In this document: one piece after another, positions 49,398 to 59,190 of the stretch
How the letters are laid out: every line of letters starts with the position of its first letter
Position numbering within the stretch: the stretch's first letter is position 1
Assembly: GCA_963666985.2 (NCBI GenBank)
Contig: CAXXIA010000002.1
Span: 736,001-800,000 of the forward strand
DNA length: 64,000 bases
Direction of reading: 5' to 3'
Origin: Spirochaetia bacterium
GTDB taxonomy: Bacteria > Spirochaetota > Spirochaetia > DSM-2461
Made by a program: the position numbers and the translations under genes
The notes under the pieces: generated by a model
Seen by the model: the letters and a program-made list of their open reading frames with translations, nothing else
Database searches by the model: none
Told to the model about the DNA's origin: nothing

Positions 49398-50138
49398 TTA
49401 CATTACAAGTCCGCCGTCGACACGGATTACCTGTCCCGTGATATACGACGACAAATCGCTGGCCAGGAACAGAACCGTATTGGCGATATCCTCGGGGCTG
49501 CCCATTCGTCCGAGAGGAATGGCTTTGGCGTAATCGGCCTTCACATCGTCGGTCAGTTTCTCGGTCATGGCGGTTTCAATGAAGCCCGGAGCCACGGCGT
49601 TCACGCGGACGTTCCGCTTCGCGGTTTCCTTGGCCAGACTTTTGGTAAAGCCGATCAATCCCGCCTTGGAGGCCGAATAGTTGGTCTGTCCGGCGTTGCC
49701 CATTTGCCCCACAACGGAGGCCATGTTGATGATGCTTCCGGACTTCTGCTTCAAAGCCATGAAGGCCGAAGCCTCCCGGGACACCAGAAAAGCGCCGGTC
49801 AAATTCACCTTGATAACCGACTCCCACTGATCCAAAGGCATGCGGAACACCAAACCGTCCCGCGTAATCCCCGCGTTATTCACCACCACATCCAGCGGGC
49901 CCGCGTCGGTAATATCCTTAATAAGGGCTTTAACCTGTTCTTCATCGGTAATATTCGCCGAATGGAACGTTACGCCCGCACCGCCCTTGGCGGCGGCGTC
50001 CATGTCGCCCTTAAAAGGGCCTTCCTCAAAATCGCAGTAATGAACGGAAGCGCCTTCCGAAAGACACTTCATAATAATTTCCTTGCCGATACCCCGGGCT
50101 CCCCCGGTTACCAGGACGACTTTACCTTCCAGCAGCAT
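49398..50138 (-). CDS. fabG: 3-oxoacyl-ACP reductase
   Basis: TGGARGIG, NNAGITRD, GNAGQTNYSASK. Confidence 0.95.
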   Translation of the reverse strand: MLLEGKVVLVTGGARGIGKEIIMKCLSEGASVHYCDFEEGPFKGDMDAAAKGGAGVTFHSANITDEEQVKALIKDITDAGPLDVVVNNAGITRDGLVFRMPLDQWESVIKVNLTGAFLVSREASAFMALKQKSGSIINMASVVGQMGNAGQTNYSASKAGLIGFTKSLAKETAKRNVRVNAVAPGFIETAMTEKLTDDVKADYAKAIPLGRMGSPEDIANTVLFLASDLSSYITGQVIRVDGGLVM

Positions 50139-50274
50139 GTTTCGTTCTCCTCAAATTCGCGCTATCATCCGGCCGCGAAATAACGCGTTCCGGATCTCAT
50201 GACACCATGGACCGAACGTTTCTCGAACCTCCGGTTAAGGTACGGCTCCATCGGCGTACGGTTTACCTCTCAGG

Positions 50275-51216
50275 CTAAACCGGCACCCCTTCGGCGGCGT
50301 CAACGGCTTCGGCCGTACCCATGGGGATGCAGATTCCATCATGACCCGACTTGGCCCATAGGCCGGAAAGAACCTTTCCCGGCCCGACTTCATACAAAAC
50401 AGGCGGACGCATCGACGCTATCGATGCCGTTAAATCCACCCAGCGAACCGGATGAACGATTTGCTCCACCAAGAGATTCCTCGCTTCTTCACCATCGGTT
50501 ACGGGAGAGGCTTTCACGTTGGACCAGACCGGCTTCACGGGATTGGAAAATGGAATTCCCGTCAGGAATCCCTTCATTCGCTGCGCGGAACCGTCCATTA
50601 AAGGCGTATGAAAGGGACAGGAGACCTTCAGCGGAATAATGCGTTTGGCCCCGGCGGCCTTCAGGGCGTCGGCGGCGTTATCCATTCCGGCCATGGTTCC
50701 GCCGATGGCCACCTGAATCGGACTGTTCTCATTGGCGCTCCAGACATCTTCAAAATCCCGCAGAACCAAACGAACCGTCTCCGGATCGATTCCGATAACC
50801 GCGGCCATGCCGATATCACCTTTCTCGGCGATAATCTCGGCCCCGGCTTCGGCCATGAAGCGGCCTCTCGCCGCAACGGCCCGCAAGGCGTCCTCGGCGC
50901 CGAGCACGCCGGCATCAACCAGAGCCGAATACTCGCCGAGGCTGTGTCCGGCCGCGCCCGCGGATTCCATCCCCTCCTCGGCAAGAGCCGCCCGAGCCGC
51001 AAGACTCGCCAGAACAATGGCCGGCTGAGAATTCTCGGTGGCTTTGAGTTCCTCATCGGTCCCGCCGAAGAGTAACGCCTTCATGTCCCGTCCGCAGACA
51101 TCGGATGCCATGGCAAATAATTCTTTTACAGCGTCGTAACGCTGAAAAAAATCATGCGCCATGCCCGGTTCTTGACTTCCCTGACCGGGAAAGAGAAAGA
51201 CTGGTCCCGTTACCAT
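50275..51216 (-). CDS. fabD: Malonyl-CoA:ACP transacylase
   Basis: FPGQGSQ, GHSLGE, PFHT, EVGPG. Confidence 0.95.
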   Translation of the reverse strand: MVTGPVFLFPGQGSQEPGMAHDFFQRYDAVKELFAMASDVCGRDMKALLFGGTDEELKATENSQPAIVLASLAARAALAEEGMESAGAAGHSLGEYSALVDAGVLGAEDALRAVAARGRFMAEAGAEIIAEKGDIGMAAVIGIDPETVRLVLRDFEDVWSANENSPIQVAIGGTMAGMDNAADALKAAGAKRIIPLKVSCPFHTPLMDGSAQRMKGFLTGIPFSNPVKPVWSNVKASPVTDGEEARNLLVEQIVHPVRWVDLTASIASMRPPVLYEVGPGKVLSGLWAKSGHDGICIPMGTAEAVDAAEGVPV

Positions 51217-52190
51217 ATTATGTAGTTCCCTCCATAAGTCAGTCCGCCGCCGAAACCGACGGTGAGAATATTCATGCCCTTCTTCAGCAGCCCCTTGCCG
51301 TCCATTTCGGCCAGCGCCAAAGGAATGGACGCCGATGAGGTATTCGCGTATTCCTCGATATTGATGTAGTACTTTTCCAGAGGAATCTTCGCACGTTTGG
51401 CGGCGGCCGCGATGATGCGGTAATTGGCTTGATGCGGTATGATGTAATCCACGTCATCAACGCTTAGACCGTTCCGCTCCATGAGTTCGGTAACGATTTC
51501 CACGTTCACCCGAACGGCGAATTGGTACACCCGCTGCCCGTCCATCCGTATATACAGTTCTTCTTCCGTGGTTTTTCCCAAAACAAACGGAGTGGCCGAT
51601 CCTCCCGACGGCAAATACAGAGCCGTCGCGCCCGAACCTTCCGTTCGGAGAATGCTGTCGCGGATGCCCGCCTCTTTTTCGGTAGCCCGAATAATGGCCG
51701 CGCCGGCGCCGTCGCCGAAGAGAACGGCGGTTCCCCTGTCGTTCCAATTGGTAATGGAAGTCAGTTTTTCGGCACCGATCACCGCAACGGTTTTCGCGAT
51801 TCCGGTAAGAATCAAACCCCGGCCCATTTCAAGACCGTAGGCAAATCCCGTACAGGCCGCTTTAAGATCCACCGAACCGATGTTCCCAACCCCCAGAGCG
51901 TCCTGAACCAGATTGGCCGTTGCGGGGAATCCCCGGTAATCGGGTGTAACGGTCGAGACGATAATGAAATCCAAGTCTTTCGCCGACAGGCCCCCGCGCT
52001 TCAAAGCCGTTTTGACGGCCTCCGTAGACATAAAAGAACACGTTTCTTCATCCGAAGCGATATGACGATTCCCGATTCCCGTATGTGACCTGATCCATTC
52101 ATCGGACGTGTCGATACTTTGAGCAAGCTCATCGTTGCTGACTCGGCGAGAGGGAATGTAAGATCCGACGGAAACGATTTCTGCAGTCAT
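51210..52190 (-). CDS. fabH: Beta-ketoacyl-ACP synthase III
   Basis: AACTGF, LFGDGAGA, PHQAN, NTSSAS, GFGGGLT. Confidence 0.95.
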   Translation of the reverse strand: MTAEIVSVGSYIPSRRVSNDELAQSIDTSDEWIRSHTGIGNRHIASDEETCSFMSTEAVKTALKRGGLSAKDLDFIIVSTVTPDYRGFPATANLVQDALGVGNIGSVDLKAACTGFAYGLEMGRGLILTGIAKTVAVIGAEKLTSITNWNDRGTAVLFGDGAGAAIIRATEKEAGIRDSILRTEGSGATALYLPSGGSATPFVLGKTTEEELYIRMDGQRVYQFAVRVNVEIVTELMERNGLSVDDVDYIIPHQANYRIIAAAAKRAKIPLEKYYINIEEYANTSSASIPLALAEMDGKGLLKKGMNILTVGFGGGLTYGGNYIIW

Positions 52191-52218
52191 CAATCCTCCT
52201 GAACTCTTAACAACACGG

Positions 52219-52249
52219 ATTATTTACACTTTAGATAAAAGTGTCAATA
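52219..52249 (-). promoter_or_regulatory. fab operon promoter overlapped by a palindromic operator
   Basis: TATTTACACTTT-N5-AAAGTGTCAATA (11/12 inverted match); minus strand TTGACA-17 bp-AATAAT. Confidence 0.7.
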
Positions 52250-52372
52250 TTAACGGTGCGGTCATCCTTGCTGAGATCCTGCCGAAGCGGACCGCGCACG
52301 GCCGGGTGTCCGATACCCCGTCCGTTCTTTACAGATCTGCGGCAGAAGACTCTCTGTGCTAAAATAGAAGCG

Positions 52373-52939
52373 ATGATGCGGAGACGATTCGGAATAACGG
52401 CCGCCCTTGCCGGGGCTTTGATTCTCAGCTTTCTCGGAGGATGCGCGGACTCGGGAACCTATATCGTCGGCGATGTGAGCTTCCTGAATAATCCCGGAAG
52501 AGAGTTCCCGCCCGCGAACCATCCGAATTACGGAAGCGCCGATCTCAGCGACGAAGTCTGCTACGTCCGGCTCGTGGATGATGACGGAGCCGGAAGCGTT
52601 ATCTGGGAATCCGAAGCGTATCCGGTTACGTTTCTCGACGATTACATCTACGATCCGGACGATATCAATAATCAAACTCCGACGCCCGACGAAGGCGTTT
52701 TTATCGAATCCTTTGTTATCTCCCTAACCGATGCGCAGCTTTCCGGAGCGATCCAGCCGCTCCGATTGGAAGCCTATCTGTACGATGACGAGGTAACATC
52801 CCCCATCGATCCGGCGACGGATACCCAGCAGTATTCCTACACAGCCGAGAATCCGGATACATTCTGGTATCGAACCTTTACCGTTACCGAAAGCTCAACC
52901 GTTCGCGCATCGCTCTATATAACCGTACCGTTTTCTTAA
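52373..52939 (+). CDS. Acidic hypothetical lipoprotein
   Basis: Basic N-terminus, hydrophobic core, LGGC lipobox; Asp/Glu-rich mature part. Confidence 0.65.
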   Translation: MMRRRFGITAALAGALILSFLGGCADSGTYIVGDVSFLNNPGREFPPANHPNYGSADLSDEVCYVRLVDDDGAGSVIWESEAYPVTFLDDYIYDPDDINNQTPTPDEGVFIESFVISLTDAQLSGAIQPLRLEAYLYDDEVTSPIDPATDTQQYSYTAENPDTFWYRTFTVTESSTVRASLYITVPFS

Positions 52940-52976
52940 TTTCAGGCGGCGGAGTGCTCCGGAAGGAAACGCAAAA

Positions 52977-53189
52977 TGTGTCATTATTCCCCGGAACGTA
53001 TCAATATGACACACCTATATTGAATCGCCGACGATTTGCCCAAAAACGACACAGAAAAGCTGTTTCAGAGACCGCTTCGGGGATCACCTGAGATGAGAAA
53101 AACAGGCCGGCTCCTTCGTGTTAAATATTTATCTTATTGCATAATAAATAATTAGCCTAAAGGAAAAGATGATTGGCACGCCTTATGCT
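52977..53189 (+). promoter_or_regulatory. Sigma54 promoter of hsp20 with candidate upstream activator sites
   Basis: TGGCACGCCTTATGC (GG-N10-GC) at 53174-53188; TGTGTCA-N3-TGACACA-like sites at 52977, 52997 and 53037; AT-rich tract between. Confidence 0.7.
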
Positions 53190-53247
53190 TATATAGTTTG
53201 CGTCGACACGATCGACAAAATTGAAAATCAGCCTAAGGAGGCATGAG

Positions 53248-53682
53248 ATGAAATACTTAACCCAAACCTACCGACCGGTGAGCCTGGCAAACGATATGGA
53301 CCGGCTCTTCAGCCAATTTTTCGAGACCGCCGGAGTCCCTTCCTCCAGAAGTTTTCTTGTGGACATCTCCGAAGAAGCCGAGGGTTATCGGATCGATGCC
53401 GAACTTCCCGGATATGCCGCCCAGGATGTGGACATCCGCGTGGAAGACAATCTTTTGGTTATCGAGGCCAAGGCCTTGGAAAGCACCGAAGAGAAGAAGG
53501 ATGCCGAGCCGACTTGGCGTGTGAGGGAACGCCGTCAGGGCGACTTAAAAAGATCGTTCGTTCTTCCGGATGATGTTGAGAAACAAGCCGTGGAAGCGGA
53601 AATGAAGAACGGTGTTCTGTCGGTTTCTCTGAAAAAGAAGCCGGAGGCCAAGCCTTTCTCGGTGAAGATTCGGGAAAACTAG
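53248..53682 (+). CDS. Hsp20/alpha-crystallin small heat-shock protein
   Basis: AELPG, RER, RSFVLP, NGVLSV; GGAGG RBS. Confidence 0.93.
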   Translation: MKYLTQTYRPVSLANDMDRLFSQFFETAGVPSSRSFLVDISEEAEGYRIDAELPGYAAQDVDIRVEDNLLVIEAKALESTEEKKDAEPTWRVRERRQGDLKRSFVLPDDVEKQAVEAEMKNGVLSVSLKKKPEAKPFSVKIREN

Positions 53683-53813
53683 GGTTTAAACCGGAAATAC
53701 GGAACCGCCGGCCGGAATACCGGCCGGAAATCTTATTCCGGATTTAAAACGGACCGCCCTCCAAAAGGGGGCGGTTCCTTTGTCTTTGCCCCTTTTGTGA
53801 TATAATTTGAATC

Positions 53814-54704
53814 ATGAAAAAGCGAATATCTCTTCTTAGTTTCGTAATATTGCTCGGTTTCTTTATTACACTCCCCGTACTCGCCATCGACATCAGCGTT
53901 GAATTCCTCGAAGGACATTTGGAATATACCGAAGGGCGGGATGCCTGGCTGTCCGCGGAAATCGGTGACACGCTTCCGGAAAATTGTCAGATAAGACTCT
54001 CCGGACGCGGTTACGCGGAAATCTCTTCGGGAGCGCAAAAGGTCACCTTAACCAAAGACGGATTATACCAGACGGCGAATCTTTTCGCCGATGAGCCGGA
54101 GAAAGCCAATTTCCGGCAGATAGTCGGTTCCAAATTCACTTCCCTGCTCCGGCACAATGAAAGTAATTCGGGAATGACCGTAGCCGCCGTGCGCGGCGCG
54201 GAAGCGGAAGGCGACGACTTTATTTCCTGGGAAGATGAATCCACTGATTACCTGAACGACGGCAAGGCTCTTTTCGAAGAGGGGGACATCGCGGGAGCGA
54301 TGGAACTCTTCGACGAAGGCTCCCTATGGGAAACCGGAGCCGTTCAAAGAGAATGCGGATTCAGGCTGGGAGTTTGCCAGCAGATTATCGGCGATCCTCG
54401 AGCCGCAAGAAAAACCCTGACATCCCTGTCGCCGGAAAAGAACGATCCTTTTCTGGGGGAATACGCGGTAACGGTGGGCACGCTATACATCGAGAGCAGA
54501 GAATACGGGAACGCCGATAACGTTCTTTCGTTCTATTTAAGCGCGAATCCCAACGGCGACGCGGCGCAGGCCGCCTGGCTTCTCTCGGCTTTCAGCCGTG
54601 AAGGCCAGAACGACGATGCCGGACGCCGGGAGAGTCTGCGTAAAGCCGTGAATCTGGGTCCGAACACGGAAATCGGCCGGGCGGCTTCTTCAATGCTCCA
54701 GTAG
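53814..54704 (+). CDS. Exported protein with C-terminal TPR-like repeats
   Basis: Signal peptide; N-terminal beta region ending AAVRG (FecR-like); helical TPR-like C-terminus. Confidence 0.65.
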   Translation: MKKRISLLSFVILLGFFITLPVLAIDISVEFLEGHLEYTEGRDAWLSAEIGDTLPENCQIRLSGRGYAEISSGAQKVTLTKDGLYQTANLFADEPEKANFRQIVGSKFTSLLRHNESNSGMTVAAVRGAEAEGDDFISWEDESTDYLNDGKALFEEGDIAGAMELFDEGSLWETGAVQRECGFRLGVCQQIIGDPRAARKTLTSLSPEKNDPFLGEYAVTVGTLYIESREYGNADNVLSFYLSANPNGDAAQAAWLLSAFSREGQNDDAGRRESLRKAVNLGPNTEIGRAASSMLQ

Positions 54705-54736
54705 ATTCTCGGCGAACATCACAATAAGGTGTTGAT

Positions 54737-54782
54737 AAACACCCCGAGCCGGTCATCCGTCCTGCTCGGGGTGTTTTTTTTT
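54737..54782 (+). terminator. Rho-independent terminator
   Basis: AAACACCCCGAGC/GCTCGGGGTGTTT stem plus long T run. Confidence 0.85.
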
Positions 54783-54853
54783 AGACTCTTCCGTAAACCT
54801 CTCGGCTCTTGACCCTCTTCTCCGTCTCACCGACGATATCGGCGGAGGTCTTT

Positions 54854-55564
54854 ATGGATTCCAAACCTGTGGCTCTTATAACGGGAGCCAGCCGGGGAAT
54901 CGGCCGGGCTCTCGCCGTTACTTTTTCCAAGGCCGGTTTTGAATGCGCTCTTGCGGCCAGAAACGCCGAGAGACTCGCTGAAACAGCCGATTTCTGCGCG
55001 GGGCGCACGGAGATGTTCCCGACGGATCTGAGTGAAGCGGGTGCTCCCGAAAAACTGGCGGACGGCGTTCTTAAAGCCATGGGCCGAGTTGATGTTCTCA
55101 TCAACAATGCCGGTTCCGCCCTTTCCCGTCCTTTTACTGATACCGAAATTGCCGATTGGGACGCGCTGATGGCCTTGAACGCCAAGGCGCCTTTCTTTCT
55201 GACGCGCGCGCTTCTTCCCGCGCTGAAGCGCTCGAACGCAGCGGTTATCATCAACATAGGTTCGGTGGTTTCGTTTAAAGGATACGAACTTCAATCGGCA
55301 TACTCCGCGTCAAAGCACGCTCTGGCAGGCTGGACGAAGTCTCTGGCCCGGGAAGTCGCCTCCGACAACATCCGTGTTCATCTGATTGCGCCGGGCGGCG
55401 TAGCTACGGATCTGGTTCTCGGCGTAAGACCCGACATCAATCCGGCGGACCTGATTCGTCCCGAAGAGGTTGCCGAAACGGCGCTTTTTCTGGTTCAAAG
55501 CAGGGGAAACGCGGTTATCGACGTCGTGGAACTGCGCAGAAACGGCAAAACGCCGTTTGCCTGA
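54854..55564 (+). CDS. Short-chain dehydrogenase/reductase
   Basis: TGASRGIG, NNAG, YSASK. Confidence 0.92.
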   Translation: MDSKPVALITGASRGIGRALAVTFSKAGFECALAARNAERLAETADFCAGRTEMFPTDLSEAGAPEKLADGVLKAMGRVDVLINNAGSALSRPFTDTEIADWDALMALNAKAPFFLTRALLPALKRSNAAVIINIGSVVSFKGYELQSAYSASKHALAGWTKSLAREVASDNIRVHLIAPGGVATDLVLGVRPDINPADLIRPEEVAETALFLVQSRGNAVIDVVELRRNGKTPFA

Positions 55565-55642
55565 TTCGATGCCGGCCGGTTCGGTTCGGTTCGGTTCGGT
55601 TCGGAGGCAGAATCAGCTTAAAAAGACTGCGGCGGGATATGT

Positions 55643-57724
55643 TTATCGGTCCGCCGTTTTCTCCCGTGCCGGCGGGTGGACAATACCGGTTATCAGCCTT
55701 TCTCCGAGTGAGGTTTCAACCGTCTCGGCTTCTTCTCCGTTGATTAAGGCGGGCCGTTTCCCGTCATGGCGAATCCATATGCGAAAAGAACTGAAGACTT
55801 CGGGCCGAACGTTTACGTTCCAGCCCGATTCTTCCGCCGTTAAACCGGCGATTCCGGCCCCGGGGAAAATGTGACCGTCACAGCCGGCAAAAACGTCGTT
55901 GTTATCCAGCAGCATGTAATTTCCGGATTCACCGGGTTTGAGTGAATGTTTGCTCCCTCCGAAAAGATGAGAAGCCCGGCGTTCCAGACCGGGAGCGCCG
56001 AACCAAGTGCCCTCCGGAAGAGAGAAAGAACGAACCCGCTCCGAAAGATTGGAAACGGAGAGGTAGGATCTTCCTTGAGCGCGATAGCGTACGGTTACGG
56101 TTCTCCGGGATTCAACAACCTCTTCAATACGCGGCGCGATCTTCGGGAACAGCGACGCGAAAAGACGGAATTCATTTTCTTTATACGCTGAGATATCGTC
56201 GGAAGTGCAGAAGAATGTTCCGAAAAGAGCCTGCAGAAGAAACAGCGTATAACGCCTTTTCGGTTCCATGATTTTGCGTCTGCGGCTCAGGAAAAAAGCG
56301 CCGGGATCGACCGAGAAGAATCGTCCGTCGAGCTGGCGCCGCCCCACGGTCGACCGAAGGGCGTTAATGGTGGAAGCACGTTCCCGGCAGTGTATGTTCC
56401 GATGAAAAAAGTGTTCCCAGTACGGTGTGGTTTGGGCGGCAATGCGGCAGTATTCGGCCCGGCCGAAAGCTCCCGACAGCGGAACGCCGTTCAGCTGGTA
56501 AACGGCGCCGCCTTTGGCGGATGAAAGAATATCCATCGCAGCCACAAGTGCTTCGCCCCGGCTCATTCCATCGGGCGGGAATAAAACCGCGGCATAGAGA
56601 AGATCCATCTCGATAAGATCAAACCTCCACTCATCGCGGATTCTTTCTATCGCATGAACAACGTATTCCCTGACGGCGGGCAAAGATATATTCAGGGCGT
56701 AAAAAGACTCACCGAGACGCAGATGCCGACCCGCGGGCCGAATCCGGCCCCGCGAATCACGGGCAAGCCAGTCGTTATGGTTTTGGAATACGACGGAATC
56801 CATGCCGACAACGAACGGCGCCATCCAGATTCCCGGAGAATATCCGCTTCCTCTAATCTCGTCCGCCAGGCTTGCCATACCCGAAGAAAATCCGGCCGCC
56901 GGTTCACCCCAGTCTCCGAGATTCCGCTGCCATCCGCGGTCTATTTTGAAATAATCCAGCGGGATTTTCTTCTCCCGGCATTCATTCAGGACACGGCGAA
57001 TCGACTTTTCATCGGTGAATTTTCCAAAATCACCGCCGCTCCAGGCCACGGCCCTGGAACCGAAAGCCGCGCGGGGTTCCTCGGAGTGCCGGTCGAACCA
57101 CAGCCGGGAGTATCGGTCGAAAACCTCATCTTCGTCGCCCTCCAGAAGAACAAAATCAAACAGGATCCGTTTCCCGTCCAGACGCATTCCCGCGACATCC
57201 TTGGCGATGGTGAAAAGATCATGATGAATATCGGTTCCGATTACGGTGAACCCGGCACTCTCATCGAGGCTTCCGAGAAACACAAGACGATTCGGTTTCC
57301 GGATATACGCATACGTGTACCCGTGAAATCTTCCCTTTTTTTCCGAATACGGATAAAAACGCGCATCGCCCAGATTCTGGAAGGACAACAGCCGGCCCGG
57401 CCAGTCCAGAGAGGAGATTTTTTCCCCCGGATATCGTTCACGGCTTACCGTCCACGATTGGTAGCCGTTGACGAACACACTTCGAAGATCACCGAAGACC
57501 AAACTGCCGGTCAGTTCGAAACTCGCCGGCTCGACAAACCCAAGAGATTCCAGAGTCAGGACGTACCGATATCCTCCGGAAATCTCGATTTCATCAAAAT
57601 CAACCCGCAGACCTTCCAGGAATTTGGCTCCCCGGGGCAGCGGAAGGTTAAAGCGATAATCCTCGCCTTTATGGCGGTAATGGAGAGAAACCCAAATTTC
57701 AGATGTTTCTAATAGTGATGTCAT
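55643..57724 (-). CDS. GH36 alpha-galactosidase-like protein with a degenerate active site
   Basis: NGYQSW, IDRGWQ, PGIWMAPF, DP motifs; ATGA overlap with the upstream ORF stop. Confidence 0.75.
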   Translation of the reverse strand: MTSLLETSEIWVSLHYRHKGEDYRFNLPLPRGAKFLEGLRVDFDEIEISGGYRYVLTLESLGFVEPASFELTGSLVFGDLRSVFVNGYQSWTVSRERYPGEKISSLDWPGRLLSFQNLGDARFYPYSEKKGRFHGYTYAYIRKPNRLVFLGSLDESAGFTVIGTDIHHDLFTIAKDVAGMRLDGKRILFDFVLLEGDEDEVFDRYSRLWFDRHSEEPRAAFGSRAVAWSGGDFGKFTDEKSIRRVLNECREKKIPLDYFKIDRGWQRNLGDWGEPAAGFSSGMASLADEIRGSGYSPGIWMAPFVVGMDSVVFQNHNDWLARDSRGRIRPAGRHLRLGESFYALNISLPAVREYVVHAIERIRDEWRFDLIEMDLLYAAVLFPPDGMSRGEALVAAMDILSSAKGGAVYQLNGVPLSGAFGRAEYCRIAAQTTPYWEHFFHRNIHCRERASTINALRSTVGRRQLDGRFFSVDPGAFFLSRRRKIMEPKRRYTLFLLQALFGTFFCTSDDISAYKENEFRLFASLFPKIAPRIEEVVESRRTVTVRYRAQGRSYLSVSNLSERVRSFSLPEGTWFGAPGLERRASHLFGGSKHSLKPGESGNYMLLDNNDVFAGCDGHIFPGAGIAGLTAEESGWNVNVRPEVFSSFRIWIRHDGKRPALINGEEAETVETSLGERLITGIVHPPAREKTADR

Positions 57725-58071
57725 CCCATGCAGCGGCCGATGACATCGGCGCAAATCCAACCCGCGAGATAACTTTTTGCGGCCGCCGAACCGTCATTAT
57801 CATCAACACATTCAATCAGATCCCTCACGGCGTCCATAACCGTGTCGGCATCCGATAAAACGCCGGAAACGAGCCCCTGTTCAATCATGCCGAGACGCCG
57901 AGCATCACCATAGGGATCTTTCAGGGCCACGGCGGCTTCGACGATGCGTCCGTCTTTTTCGAGAATTCGGGCCGCCGCATGCCAGTATGGTTGTTTCCCC
58001 GATGCCAGCGGCGCCGATCGTTCGGCCGAACGGCCGTTATTCCCGCCGAGTACGTCGGTCCAATCACTCAT
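57721..58071 (-). CDS. Hypothetical protein
   Basis: GGAG RBS; stop overlaps the start of the GH36-like gene. Confidence 0.55.
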   Translation of the reverse strand: MSDWTDVLGGNNGRSAERSAPLASGKQPYWHAAARILEKDGRIVEAAVALKDPYGDARRLGMIEQGLVSGVLSDADTVMDAVRDLIECVDDNDGSAAAKSYLAGWICADVIGRCMG

Positions 58072-58126
58072 GCTGAACTCCGCTCAGTATTATCGCGCCG
58101 GTTAATGCCGCTGTCCATAAAGGAAC

Positions 58127-59047
58127 TCATGAGAAAAGTTCTCGGATTTCCGCTTCTTCAAAGAGATAAACCGAAGAACAATTCTGACAGGTTATCTTCA
58201 AAGGAAACGGTCCCTCTTCGCGAATCTGCTTTCTGTCTTCGGCGGACAGTCCTTTCAGATAACGTCTGAACAGATCGGCATCGCAGGGACAGAAGAACTC
58301 CACCCGTTTGGAATCCAAAAACCGCGGGGCCTGGGCGGCGAAAAGCTCCAGGATGAGCGATTCCGCGTCACGTCCCCGGCCGAAGGCGTCGCCGAGAGAA
58401 GGAAAGGATTCCAATGTGCTTTCAAGGCCGGCGATCACTTCCTCCGGCGCATCCGGAAGGGCCTGCAGAAAAAGTCCTCCGGCCCCCGTCGGCTCGCCGT
58501 TTTCATCAAAGGAGACACTCAAGGCCATGGCGGACGGAATCTGCTCGCTTTCAAGATGATAAGCCGTCAGATCCTGGGCGATACGTCCGTGACGCAGAGC
58601 CACCGTACTGCTTCGGGGTTCGGCCATCCCCTCGAAAAGACGGGTAACGGTAATAAATCCCGGACCGAATAAGTCGGGAAGCGATCCGTCGGGCTTTTCT
58701 TCCAGGATGATGGGAACGTTCTGCATATATCCCCGCACCGTTCCGTGGGAATCGGCTTCCACGCTGATGCCCCCGACAGGTCCCCCGCATTCCCATTGAA
58801 GCCGCAGCCGGCCGATATCCTTAAGATTCGCGGCCATCAGAAGAGCGCCAATCGATGCCTGGCCCAAAAGAAGCGTTTCCAGAGGACCCAGCTCATGATT
58901 GGCCTTCATCTCCCGAACCACCCGATCCGCCCGTACGAGGAATCCCCTGACGGTATCGCCCGCCATGAAAAATCGGTGGATGCGATCGATACCGTACTGA
59001 CGATGCGCGGTTTTCGGATCGTCACCGGCAAGTGGTTTTTTCTTCAT
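58127..59047 (-). CDS. hslO: Hsp33 redox-regulated chaperone
   Basis: SEQIPS, AGGLFLQALP, CPC...CQNC zinc motif. Confidence 0.92.
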   Translation of the reverse strand: MKKKPLAGDDPKTAHRQYGIDRIHRFFMAGDTVRGFLVRADRVVREMKANHELGPLETLLLGQASIGALLMAANLKDIGRLRLQWECGGPVGGISVEADSHGTVRGYMQNVPIILEEKPDGSLPDLFGPGFITVTRLFEGMAEPRSSTVALRHGRIAQDLTAYHLESEQIPSAMALSVSFDENGEPTGAGGLFLQALPDAPEEVIAGLESTLESFPSLGDAFGRGRDAESLILELFAAQAPRFLDSKRVEFFCPCDADLFRRYLKGLSAEDRKQIREEGPFPLKITCQNCSSVYLFEEAEIRELFS

Positions 59048-59190
59048 TCAGGCGGCTCCTCGCATCAATTCGATTCGCGTGTCAATTCGGCGTAGAACGG
59101 CTGCGGCATGCGCAGGCCGTTATTCGGCATGCACGGCATTCGGAAAACCGGGCTGCGTCACCCGGTCCCGGATTCCAACCATAGCCCGAA

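Noticed and set aside
55577..55601. (CGGTT)5 microsatellite
   Set aside because: Short, lies between convergent genes, no evident function
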